A stretch of DNA of 64,000 nucleotides from Candidatus Bathyarchaeia archaeon (GTDB lineage Archaea > Thermoproteota > Bathyarchaeia > Bathyarchaeales > Bathycorpusculaceae): contig JBEKKK010000001.1 of NCBI GenBank assembly GCA_050010755.1, forward strand, positions 864,001 through 928,000, given 5' to 3'. Of the stretch, positions 48,954 through 57,187 are shown in pieces. The notes under the pieces were generated by a model. The model saw nothing but the letters and a program-made list of their open reading frames with translations. It did no database searches and was not told the origin of the DNA. A program made the position numbers and the translations under genes. Position 1 is the first letter of the stretch; each line of letters opens with the position of its first letter.

Positions 48954-50969
48954 ATGGAAACGCGTCGCAAGCGGAAGCGTTTCTCATTTGTCGTTTTCAT
49001 AGTGCTAACTTTGTTTCTTGTCACGGGTCTTTTTAGCTCGGATGTTTTTGCTGCAGCTCACGATTCATTCCTAAACCAGCCCAGCACAACAATTGCTGCA
49101 CCTCCTGTTCTTTTGTATGCTGGCACAGCTGGCACCAGCACCATTTACGCGAACAGTACGAGCGCAATGGTCAACGTTGCGGCTCCAGAAAATCAGTATG
49201 TCACTCAGCAAAGCAACGTTGACGGAGTAGGAGACGTGGGCACTCACTCGAACTTTACTGCTCAACAGTATGGTCCCGACAATATTTACGACAACCTAAC
49301 CGAAGCAAACACAAATGCAGCAGCTCCTTACATCCCTATCACGTTCAATAACACCGTATCATCAGCTACTCCGAACCCGTTCCAAGAAGAGATAACCTGG
49401 AATCCCTCCAGCTACACGAGTTACGAAGCATCCAACTTGGGCAACATCCGATTCTATAATGACAGCGGCTTTACTACACCTCTGTACGCGTGGCTCGAAT
49501 CCTGCACCCCTTCACTGTCTAATGCAGCTACCAATGCCACAGCATGGATCAAACTGACCACCCAAATAGCTGGAAACGGAGGCACCCAAACGATTTACAT
49601 GGCGTTTCTCTCCACAGCTACGAGTTTTGACGGCAGTTACTGGGGAGTCGCGCCCAACCTGTCAAGCCCCTACGGCCAATACGACAACGGAGCAAACGTA
49701 TTCAGCTTCTACGACAACTTTACTGGGACAAGCCTTAACTCCCGATGGACAATATTCGGTTCGTCACAAGGAACGGTATCAGTCAACAACGGCGTCACCC
49801 TCACATCGTCTTCTTCGACTCTTTCCATAGGCATATTTGCATCATACACACCACCAACAACGGGTATAGTCACAGAAACATACTTCAATGCCACAAGCCC
49901 CACGGCGGGATACAGAATCTTTGACGGATACGGCATGACAAGCACATCAACAGCAGAACAGAACGGGTATATAGGCATCCTTCAAGCGGGTGGCGGAAGC
50001 ACCCTCAGACTGAGTAAGATGGTATCTGGAACCCAGACCACCCTCGTCTCCGCTACAGACGCTTTGACCGCGGGCAACAACTACACAAGCAGTCTTCTGT
50101 GGCAAAGTAGCACTCTAACTATGGCTGATTTAACCAATAGCCATTCATCATCTACCACCGACACTACCTACAGTCTTTCCACAATGACTCAAGTCGCAAT
50201 GGCACTAGGCGCCACCAGCGGAACCAAGTATGTCACCTTCTGGTTCAGGGTGAGGCAAAGCCCTCCAAGCGGAGTGATGCCGACCACCTCTTTCGGCAGC
50301 GTGGCTTCCTCGAGTCCAAACTACAAGCTTGACATTGAAGAACAATGGACAAACACAAACACAACAGCCACGAACGAGGAACTTGACATTTACACTGGAG
50401 CCTTCAGCACTCCAGCATCAATCCTGTCAGTTCAATGGTATAACACCACCAGCAGCTCTTGGCTCACAATAATCAGTTCACTAAATGCAAGCACTTGGAA
50501 CAATGTTACCGTGGTCAATTATCTCACGTCTTCAACGTTCACAATACAGTTTGTGAACACCACAACTGGAGCGACTCAAAGTTGGTGGCAAATAGATTGC
50601 GCACTTCTGCACATTTGGACAACTTCAACTTATGACCCTGTTCTCAATGTTGTCAACCAAGTGACAACTGCTTGGAATGTGAGCTTGCAAGTCTACGGCA
50701 GCTCAAACATTGCCCGCCTATCAAGCGCGGCCATAAGTTTGCACGACGGCACCTCGAGCCAGCAAATAGTCGTCAACGGCGGAAGTATAGTTCAGTCGCA
50801 AGGAGCATTGTTCAACCTTCTGGGAGGCTCAGGCACCACTATATACGTGAGCATCAGCAACCTCTTAGCAAACTCGACCGGAACGTCGTATCTGTATGCC
50901 TATCTGGAAATCCTTACGCCAAACACGTCCACCTTCTTAGCCTACGCAGTAACCTTCGCAATTACTTGA
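48954..50969 (+). CDS. large secreted adhesin/minor fibre subunit with DUF2341-like and lectin-like inserts
   Basis: Signal peptide; NIRFY...LYAWLES...WIKL...YDNG..VF.FYDNF (DUF2341-like); N- and C-terminal segments align with the 48341 subunit. Confidence 0.7.
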   Translation: METRRKRKRFSFVVFIVLTLFLVTGLFSSDVFAAAHDSFLNQPSTTIAAPPVLLYAGTAGTSTIYANSTSAMVNVAAPENQYVTQQSNVDGVGDVGTHSNFTAQQYGPDNIYDNLTEANTNAAAPYIPITFNNTVSSATPNPFQEEITWNPSSYTSYEASNLGNIRFYNDSGFTTPLYAWLESCTPSLSNAATNATAWIKLTTQIAGNGGTQTIYMAFLSTATSFDGSYWGVAPNLSSPYGQYDNGANVFSFYDNFTGTSLNSRWTIFGSSQGTVSVNNGVTLTSSSSTLSIGIFASYTPPTTGIVTETYFNATSPTAGYRIFDGYGMTSTSTAEQNGYIGILQAGGGSTLRLSKMVSGTQTTLVSATDALTAGNNYTSSLLWQSSTLTMADLTNSHSSSTTDTTYSLSTMTQVAMALGATSGTKYVTFWFRVRQSPPSGVMPTTSFGSVASSSPNYKLDIEEQWTNTNTTATNEELDIYTGAFSTPASILSVQWYNTTSSSWLTIISSLNASTWNNVTVVNYLTSSTFTIQFVNTTTGATQSWWQIDCALLHIWTTSTYDPVLNVVNQVTTAWNVSLQVYGSSNIARLSSAAISLHDGTSSQQIVVNGGSIVQSQGALFNLLGGSGTTIYVSISNLLANSTGTSYLYAYLEILTPNTSTFLAYAVTFAIT

Positions 50970-51066
50970 GCGCACACGTGCTCAGGTTTAGAAAGAATCG
51001 CCATTTTGAATTCATAACGTTTTTCAACTTTGCATGCATCGATTGAATAGTGGAGCGTGATTATTT

Positions 51067-51516
51067 ATGAAGTTACGGGAACTGATGACCAAGAACGTAA
51101 TCACGATAGACAAAAACATGACGGTGCAACTGGCTGCGGGAACCATGAACAAGAAGAGAATAGGCTGCTTGGTGACCGTTGACAAAGAGGGAATCAAAGG
51201 AATCGTAACAGAGAGAGATCTACTCACGAGAGTCTTGGAAGCATGCAAAGACCCCAAGACAACCAAGGTCTCAGACGTTATGACCCAGAGCATTATTTTC
51301 GGGAATCCTGAAATGCAACTGGTTGAAGCTACACGCCTAATGTTTGAAAACGGAATCAAGAAACTGCCAATACTAGAAGACAACCAACTGGTCGGCTTGG
51401 TCACACTTACCGACATAGCTCGTGCGACAAGCTCTGACAGGAAGACTATGGATCTCATCGAAGCACTCTCAAACATGCACAAGGTCAGCTCATTACAAGC
51501 ACACACAACAACGTAG
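51067..51516 (+). CDS. CBS domain pair protein
   Basis: MTKNVIT...GIVTERD...VSDVMT...LPI...VGLVTLTD. Confidence 0.93.
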   Translation: MKLRELMTKNVITIDKNMTVQLAAGTMNKKRIGCLVTVDKEGIKGIVTERDLLTRVLEACKDPKTTKVSDVMTQSIIFGNPEMQLVEATRLMFENGIKKLPILEDNQLVGLVTLTDIARATSSDRKTMDLIEALSNMHKVSSLQAHTTT

Positions 51517-51704
51517 CCCGCGTGCACCATGGAAAATTCATGATAAAATCTTTTTGCTAGCGCCTCTCGCAACTTGCTGAAACACTATTTGGGGTGCATG
51601 CGTCAACTTGGCTAAAGGCCTGCCGGGGAGTAAAGCATCACGTCTGGAAACCTTGTTTCAATCCTGGCTCGTGCTTTCTCAACATCGATGTCCAGAACGT
51701 CCTA

Positions 51705-52010
51705 CTAGCCCAGCATATTGGCGACTTCTTCGAAAATGTGCAGAAAACTCTTTCCTTTCTTAGTCGTCCTGTAAACGATTCCTTTCTTCTCTCTTGATTC
51801 TTGCAACAGTTCTGATTTGGAAAGCAACGGCAGGTACTTTTGCGCCTGTTCAGAACTCAAGCCGACTTTGCACATCAGTTCCGTCTTCTTAACCCCACTC
51901 GTGGCAAGCAGCAAAATATCTGAGATTATGATAAACGGGTCTCTGCGACTGCGGGCACCGTCGACTCTCCAGGGAGGGAAAACGCTGCGTGTCAGCATCA
52001 CATCTATCAA
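51705..52010 (-). CDS. archaeal winged-helix regulator (HTH_45/DUF4364-like)
   Basis: RRDPFIIISDIL...KTELMCKVGLS...YRTTKKG; paralog of the 14011 gene. Start uncertain. Confidence 0.8.
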   Translation of the reverse strand: MIDVMLTRSVFPPWRVDGARSRRDPFIIISDILLLATSGVKKTELMCKVGLSSEQAQKYLPLLSKSELLQESREKKGIVYRTTKKGKSFLHIFEEVANMLG

Positions 52011-52345
52011 ACGATACGCGACGTTTATACCTTGCCGCTAAACCCAAACTAGGTTTTGAATCGATCAATTCATCAATCCACCACACAAATCTATCAATAA
52101 CGCAAGAAACAACGTTCAACTTACACGACTGCAATAGTCGTGCCCGTGTCTTGCAAGCTGACGAAGCCTTGAATCAATACGCCTTTGACGTAGAACCCGC
52201 AAAACCATCTCTGTTCAACTGTAACCCTCAAATTGTGTCTAAAAAATCGCAAATTGGTTCAAGTGCGAGTGCTCTCTCTTATTTTCTGTTTCTATTTCTA
52301 CCAACATAAGAACAAACAAAAAAAGCGCGCGCTTTTCGGCCGGTC

Positions 52346-52675
52346 TCAGAGAAGTTCTGGAAAATACTTGAGCCAATCCCGACAGGATGCTCTGGTCGTC
52401 ATCTCAGTTGTGCGGAGAGCTAGAGCGACTTCTCGCTGAGTTTTCAAATTCCCCATATTTGATCCGAGGTGATAGAATAGTCCTGAGAGGATCCCTTTCT
52501 CGCTTTTTCCACTGAAAAAGGCAGGTCTTTTTTCGTAGGCTTTTTGAATTATCTTTGAAGCTCTGGTCGAAACAGTTGCTGCGATTGAAGGTTGATTCTG
52601 CCATGTTTTAGCTGCAAGGACCATCACTTTTTCAGGCGACAATCGTTTTGGAAGATAGCTTTCGGTTTTTTTCAT
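52346..52675 (-). CDS. truncated TFB/TFIIB-like protein (single C-terminal cyclin repeat with HTH)
   Basis: SGKSEKGILSGLFY...KTQREVALALRTTEMTTRA matches the TFB consensus GKxPxGxAAAxxY...TQxEVAxxxxVTEVTVR; no Zn ribbon or first cyclin repeat. Confidence 0.7.
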   Translation of the reverse strand: MKKTESYLPKRLSPEKVMVLAAKTWQNQPSIAATVSTRASKIIQKAYEKRPAFFSGKSEKGILSGLFYHLGSNMGNLKTQREVALALRTTEMTTRASCRDWLKYFPELL

Positions 52676-53000
52676 CTTTATTGTAGACCTCTCTGAGTTT
52701 CTTGACATGATTTTCAAACGATGATTTATCCTGCTTGTCAAACTTGATTTTCATCTCGGCGCATAAGGCTGCAAGTATAGTCTCTTCTAAAACTGCCGCG
52801 GCACCAAGAAGCTGTCCCCTTCCAGGGCCGAGGATCTTTCTGAGCTCTATGGAAAATGCGCTTGGTTTTGTTGGGATTTCATAGAAGGCGCACCCGTTTT
52901 TTTGCAGATAGTCGTAGATTATGCCCGCGTTTATGTCTCCGAAAACGTATCTGACGGTCTTGTCAATGACCTGTAATAAAAGGTCATCAAATTTGTCCAA
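52632..53000 (-). CDS. NitrOD5/DUF3227-like small helical protein
   Basis: IDKTVRYVFG.....IYDYL......EIPTKP..FS.ELRKILG...A.VLE..I, a pattern seen in archaeal signal-transduction loci; GGAGG RBS. Confidence 0.7.
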   Translation of the reverse strand: MDKFDDLLLQVIDKTVRYVFGDINAGIIYDYLQKNGCAFYEIPTKPSAFSIELRKILGPGRGQLLGAAAVLEETILAALCAEMKIKFDKQDKSSFENHVKKLREVYNKDEKNRKLSSKTIVA

Positions 53001-53301
53001 TCTTCAAGCCTCCTTCTGATCACTCGGCGCGTGCTAAGAACTCCAACTTGCATAACAAAATAGCTCAGAAAGCCAAATTTCGTTAAAGGAATGCATAAAG
53101 TCATACCTTCTCATCCCTGCCCTGTTCCCAGGTTCTTTCAATGCCACGATGTCCGTGAGACTTTTGATAAAATGTTCAGACAAATCTTTAGAAATCTTCG
53201 ACCACATGCCATCCTACTCCGAACAGGACTATGGACTGTCTTCCAGGTTTTATTTGACTTTCGGTCAAAAAAAATGCATAAGTATGATTGAAAGTGAAGA
53301 A

Positions 53302-54435
53302 TTACGCCGCTTTCAGGAAACGATTCACTGTAGACTGCAGCTTTTCTAAATGTGCCGCATGATCATACAGCCACTTGTTCTCCTTGAACAGTTGATAAGG
53401 AATCGTGTCTCTTTGTGCCTTAGCCATGTCCTGAATGACGTATTCGTAAGTGTTCAGGAATCCCGCCCTCACTAGCTTTGAAAGCGCTTGAACTAGATTC
53501 CTTAACTGTTGTCTTGGCAAATACACTTGGACAAGTAGCTGATTTCTGCCGTACACTTTCCCCACTGTTCTGACGAATGGTTTGTCCAGTAATGAGGAAG
53601 CGAATTTGGCAAGGTTGTCATAGTTGCTGAATACAAAACGGAAGAAATAGGTGTCTGGGGACAATCCTTTAAAATGGTCTGCTAGTATTTGGGGGCCTTC
53701 AAACATTTTCTCCTTCGTGATGTGGTTATCTATATGATACTTCACTCTTTGCAAGCTTATCCCAAGCATCCTGGCTATATCTTTCAACTTGATGGCACAA
53801 TTCTTTTCAAGTTCTTTCAGTATCATGATGTCTATCCAATCTGCCCTCTGTGGGTAATCGTCGGGATCTTTGAGTGTGTAAGGGAGCTCTTTCTTATTCA
53901 TAATCGCTTCTTTTAGCCATGAATCCCAGGAAAAGGTCCATTCTTCAGAGGTGTTGTCAAACCATGTGCTTGTCACATTTACATTTTGGAAGCAGGTGGA
54001 AAAGTAAAATTTGACGCTGCACATCGAATCTATCTGTTGAAGCTTTTCCAAAAACCCTTCAAATTCTTTTTCTCTTCCTGCGGGGATTCCGTATACCGCC
54101 AAGCATTTTGGGGACCCGACGCATTGACTCAAGTATAGCCAATAATCATTACATTTTAGGCATTCGTAAAGGAGTTCTTCATAACCTGGCTTTGACTCTG
54201 CAAAGACTGCGACTTTTCTGAGTCCGATGTTAGTATGGTAGATGTTTCCTTGGAGAAATAGGGAAAACTGAGAGCGCAGGTGGTTGATTCTGCGGCGGAG
54301 TGTCGCGTTCGGCATGTTAAGTTTGGCTGCGACTTTTGATGTGTTTTTTGGGCCGCATAGTGCCAATCCTTCGAGTACCTCTACATCGATGCTGCGGACC
54401 TTATTTTGCTCGTTGGATTGCACGCGTTTGATCAA
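53302..54435 (-). CDS. tandem Lrp/AsnC-type regulator (HTH-RAM-HTH-RAM)
   Basis: IDVEVLEGL...SKVAAKL.MP..TLRRRI...IGL and IDIMILKEL.KN....LKDIARMLGISLQRVKYH, each followed by a beta-alpha domain. Confidence 0.82.
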   Translation of the reverse strand: MIKRVQSNEQNKVRSIDVEVLEGLALCGPKNTSKVAAKLNMPNATLRRRINHLRSQFSLFLQGNIYHTNIGLRKVAVFAESKPGYEELLYECLKCNDYWLYLSQCVGSPKCLAVYGIPAGREKEFEGFLEKLQQIDSMCSVKFYFSTCFQNVNVTSTWFDNTSEEWTFSWDSWLKEAIMNKKELPYTLKDPDDYPQRADWIDIMILKELEKNCAIKLKDIARMLGISLQRVKYHIDNHITKEKMFEGPQILADHFKGLSPDTYFFRFVFSNYDNLAKFASSLLDKPFVRTVGKVYGRNQLLVQVYLPRQQLRNLVQALSKLVRAGFLNTYEYVIQDMAKAQRDTIPYQLFKENKWLYDHAAHLEKLQSTVNRFLKAA

Positions 54436-54499
54436 GGACGGTCTGACTACTTGTTGTCACAATGGATTTTTAGCCCTTTCCCTTGATGCTTTGATGGTT

Positions 54500-54727
54500 C
54501 TATGGGAAGCCTCCACCGCCCACTGGGTCGCCGCCGTTAGGATTTGTGCCGTTCACTGGGTCGTCGACGAATGTCAGGGTTGGACTGTTTCCGTTATGAC
54601 TGTGACCTGCAGAATCGCTGCCCAATGCGCGAGTTGCATGCGAAGCTGTGGAAATCATCGTAACGGCAAAAATCGCTAAGAACAGCAAAACGGAAAGCAA
54701 TAAGAACTTACCAAAATTCAGTTTCAT
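54500..54727 (-). CDS. 75-aa secreted pre-pro-peptide ending DDPVNGTNPNGGDPVGGGGFP
   Basis: Strong RBS GGAGGTG 5-6 nt before ATG 54727; TTTTATTTT TATA-like box at 54778-54786; K-rich n-region + hydrophobic h-region + ASHA/TRA cleavage site; low-complexity spacer. Confidence 0.8.
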   Translation of the reverse strand: MKLNFGKFLLLSVLLFLAIFAVTMISTASHATRALGSDSAGHSHNGNSPTLTFVDDPVNGTNPNGGDPVGGGGFP

Positions 54728-54875
54728 GTTTTTCACCTCCATTCACTTTTGGTCAAAAAACTGGTTGAGTTCGATTGAAAATAAAAGTTGTGTGAAAGCA
54801 GCATTCAGAATTTGAAATCACCGCTCGCGCTAATCATAAATACGAGTTGTTGGGGCAGTTTGTTCTTGACGTGGG

Positions 54876-55493
54876 GTGACTGCAATTTCTGTTCGAGGAT
54901 TTAGGCCGAGGGCGCATCTTGCAACAATCGCTTTGTTGTCCTTCATTTTCTCCTTCATTGCAGCGAGAACATTCACGACGTTTTACCCGTCCACAGTTCT
55001 GGTCAGTGGCGGCATTCACGTTCATCATTTTTGGTATGGTATAGCCTTGCTAGCCATTGGGGGTTGGCTAGGAATCGGCTATGAGAATAGAGAAACTGGC
55101 CGGGTGGCAGCGATTCTTTACGGGGCTGGCGGCGGGCTGATCGTTGATGAGGTAGGACTGTTGCTCACTTTCGGAAACTACTGGACAGGTTTAACATACA
55201 CTTTCCTCATCATTCTCCTGGCTTTCGTCACCATCTTAATGCTTTTCAACAGATACCGACTGCTAATAGTGACAGAGCTCGGCGAATTAGTCGGCAACAA
55301 GGCGAGCCTTTATCTGGGCGTTTTCCTTGCCGCAGCTTCTGTGGCTTTCATAACGCAGACCAACAATGCTTTGGTCACGGGGATGGCGAGTGGATTAACA
55401 ATCATCGGAATAATCCTCATAACGACTTACCTGATTCGCCGAGCAAAGATAATCCCAAAAAGAAACTCTTGGAGCATGAGGAGGATAAACTGA
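54876..55493 (+). CDS. integral membrane protein with HVHHFWYG motif
   Basis: 6 TM helices; GIHVHH, YG.G.GLIVDE. Confidence 0.8.
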   Translation: MTAISVRGFRPRAHLATIALLSFIFSFIAARTFTTFYPSTVLVSGGIHVHHFWYGIALLAIGGWLGIGYENRETGRVAAILYGAGGGLIVDEVGLLLTFGNYWTGLTYTFLIILLAFVTILMLFNRYRLLIVTELGELVGNKASLYLGVFLAAASVAFITQTNNALVTGMASGLTIIGIILITTYLIRRAKIIPKRNSWSMRRIN

Positions 55494-55561
55494 AAAGCGG
55501 ATCTAAAACGCACAAGAAAGGGCTTTCTAGAATCAAAACATTTTAAGACTCCAAGAAGTTA

Positions 55562-56089
55562 TTGACTGAAGAACCAAGTTCTAAGCTGGTCTCGTATATG
55601 GCTTCAACTTCAAGCGGTGACCAAAAAGTCGACGAAATTACTCAAAGAATCATGACAGAAATTGAGAACAAAAACTCAAAAGAGCTTACAGAGTCCGACG
55701 AAATGATAAAGATCCTGCATTTGACGAATATGCATCACGCGAAAACTTTGCTGCAGCATGCGGATGAGGCGCCCACTAAGACCGAACGTGACGCCGGGAA
55801 ACAGGCAGTTGTACAGGCACTGCTGCTTTCTATGTGGCATCAGAGGCTATATTTCATTGTGCGCTCATTCATCATGGGCATAATTGGGGCCATGCTTACG
55901 CTTGTTTTCGTTCTGATTTTTGGCCCCATAAAACTCACTCTGGAAATCCCCTTGGGCATATTCTCTTTCGTGTTCACGCTCGCCACCTCGCGACTGCTCG
56001 ATGTGCAGATTGTCAAAGCTGCAAGAATCATAGTTAACTTTTTAGCAAGCCATAAGAGTCTGAGGGATTTCGTCCTAAGCCACTTCTAA
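55562..56089 (+). CDS. hypothetical membrane protein (2 C-terminal TM)
   Basis: 175-aa ORF; start uncertain. Confidence 0.65.
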   Translation: MTEEPSSKLVSYMASTSSGDQKVDEITQRIMTEIENKNSKELTESDEMIKILHLTNMHHAKTLLQHADEAPTKTERDAGKQAVVQALLLSMWHQRLYFIVRSFIMGIIGAMLTLVFVLIFGPIKLTLEIPLGIFSFVFTLATSRLLDVQIVKAARIIVNFLASHKSLRDFVLSHF

Positions 56090-56320
56090 CGTCAGAATTC
56101 ACTGCGATGGACCATCAGGGATATTTTCCTTACAATCAATCTGCATAAGAAAAAACCAGAAACCTTAGCTGTGCTCTGAACGCAAAGTTGAGTGAAGGCG
56201 TCGTCAAAGGACCAAGTGACTTAATTTTGAAAACATGGATTTTTTACAGGTTGATGACTAGATAGAATAGCAGGATAACGGCGCGCGAGCGCACCTGCTC
56301 AATATGTGCCTTCATTACCG

Positions 56321-56401
56321 CTCACTAGTCGGGATCCAACAGTTTACTCACTAGTTGAGATCCAACAGTTTACTCACTAGTAGAAATGCACAGAGTTTAA
56401 A
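56321..56401 (+). repeat. 26-bp tandem repeat (about 3 units, core CTCACTAGT) abutting the TATA box of fibre-subunit copy 2
   Basis: Units start at 56321, 56347 and 56373: CTCACTAGT-cgggatccaacagttta / CTCACTAGT-tgagatccaacagttta / CTCACTAGT-agaaatgcacagagTTTAAA. Confidence 0.9.
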
Positions 56402-56463
56402 CAAGGGTTCTGCCACTTACCATTAAACAGAGAGCGCCGATGGACATATGCTGAGGTGAAAAC

Positions 56464-57033
56464 GTGAATCTAAGAAAAGCATTGTCTAAGAAATATTTCA
56501 AATTCGTTATTCTTGTTGCAATGGCCGCACTTATTGGCACTGCAAGTGCTGCTGTCTATTACTCGGTATTAATGCAACCAAGCGTGACGATAACTGGCGC
56601 GACAGTAATTTTTGTTTCAGGAGACGACTGGCCCATCGGATCTATCTTGGGTACCAACTCAACGTGGGTCAGCTTAGCCCTACAGGCGTATCCTAACGCG
56701 ACTCTGACATATGATCAACCGCTCAACATCAGCAACACGGATACTTCATCCCACCTTTTCAGATTGCGCAACATTTCGATTTTACCCGCTTCAGGAATGT
56801 CATCAGTTAGTAACTTCACGGCAATCAACTTCATTGTTGAAGACACGGCCGGAACCGAACAAGCTGAATTCTTCTACAACACCACAGGCACCACTTGGAA
56901 CACTCCAGCCACAACGGGATACATGACATTGCCGGCGAGTACCACATGGATAATCAGTGTTCAGACAACCGCGGCCCCAGGTGCCAGCAGCACCGCCGCA
57001 GCAAACCTAGTGATATCAGTCGACGTGCAGTAG
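56464..57033 (+). CDS. secreted beta-rich fibre subunit (TasA/bundling pilin-like), copy 2
   Basis: Same length (189 aa) as 48341..48910; 27 differences by manual count (~86% identity); GAGGTG RBS. Confidence 0.7.
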   Translation: MNLRKALSKKYFKFVILVAMAALIGTASAAVYYSVLMQPSVTITGATVIFVSGDDWPIGSILGTNSTWVSLALQAYPNATLTYDQPLNISNTDTSSHLFRLRNISILPASGMSSVSNFTAINFIVEDTAGTEQAEFFYNTTGTTWNTPATTGYMTLPASTTWIISVQTTAAPGASSTAAANLVISVDVQ

Positions 57034-57109
57034 TTCACCTTCCATTTTCTTTAGCTGGCGCTAGGCCATTTGCTTAAACAACACTGAAAATGATGGTAAT
57101 GTTGGTGTG

Positions 57110-57187
57110 TGGTGGGCCGGACCGGACTCGAACCGGCGACCTTCTGCACGTCAAGCAGATGTCCTAACCGAGCTAGACTACCGGCCC
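57110..57187 (-). tRNA. tRNA-Val(GAC), intronless, CCA encoded
   Basis: GGGCCGG...TCTGC-TT-GAC-GT-GCAGA...GCCGG-TTCGAGT-CCGGT-CCGGCCC-A-CCA. Confidence 0.96.

Noticed and set aside
56321-56401. Possible mini CRISPR array
   Set aside because: Period is only 26 bp, the intervening sequences are near-identical rather than unique spacers, and no cas genes are present; it is a tandem repeat.
43400-57187. Integrated mobile element at tRNA-Val 3' end
   Set aside because: No integrase, transposase or viral gene recognised, and I found no duplicated tRNA 3' segment (att site) in the window.
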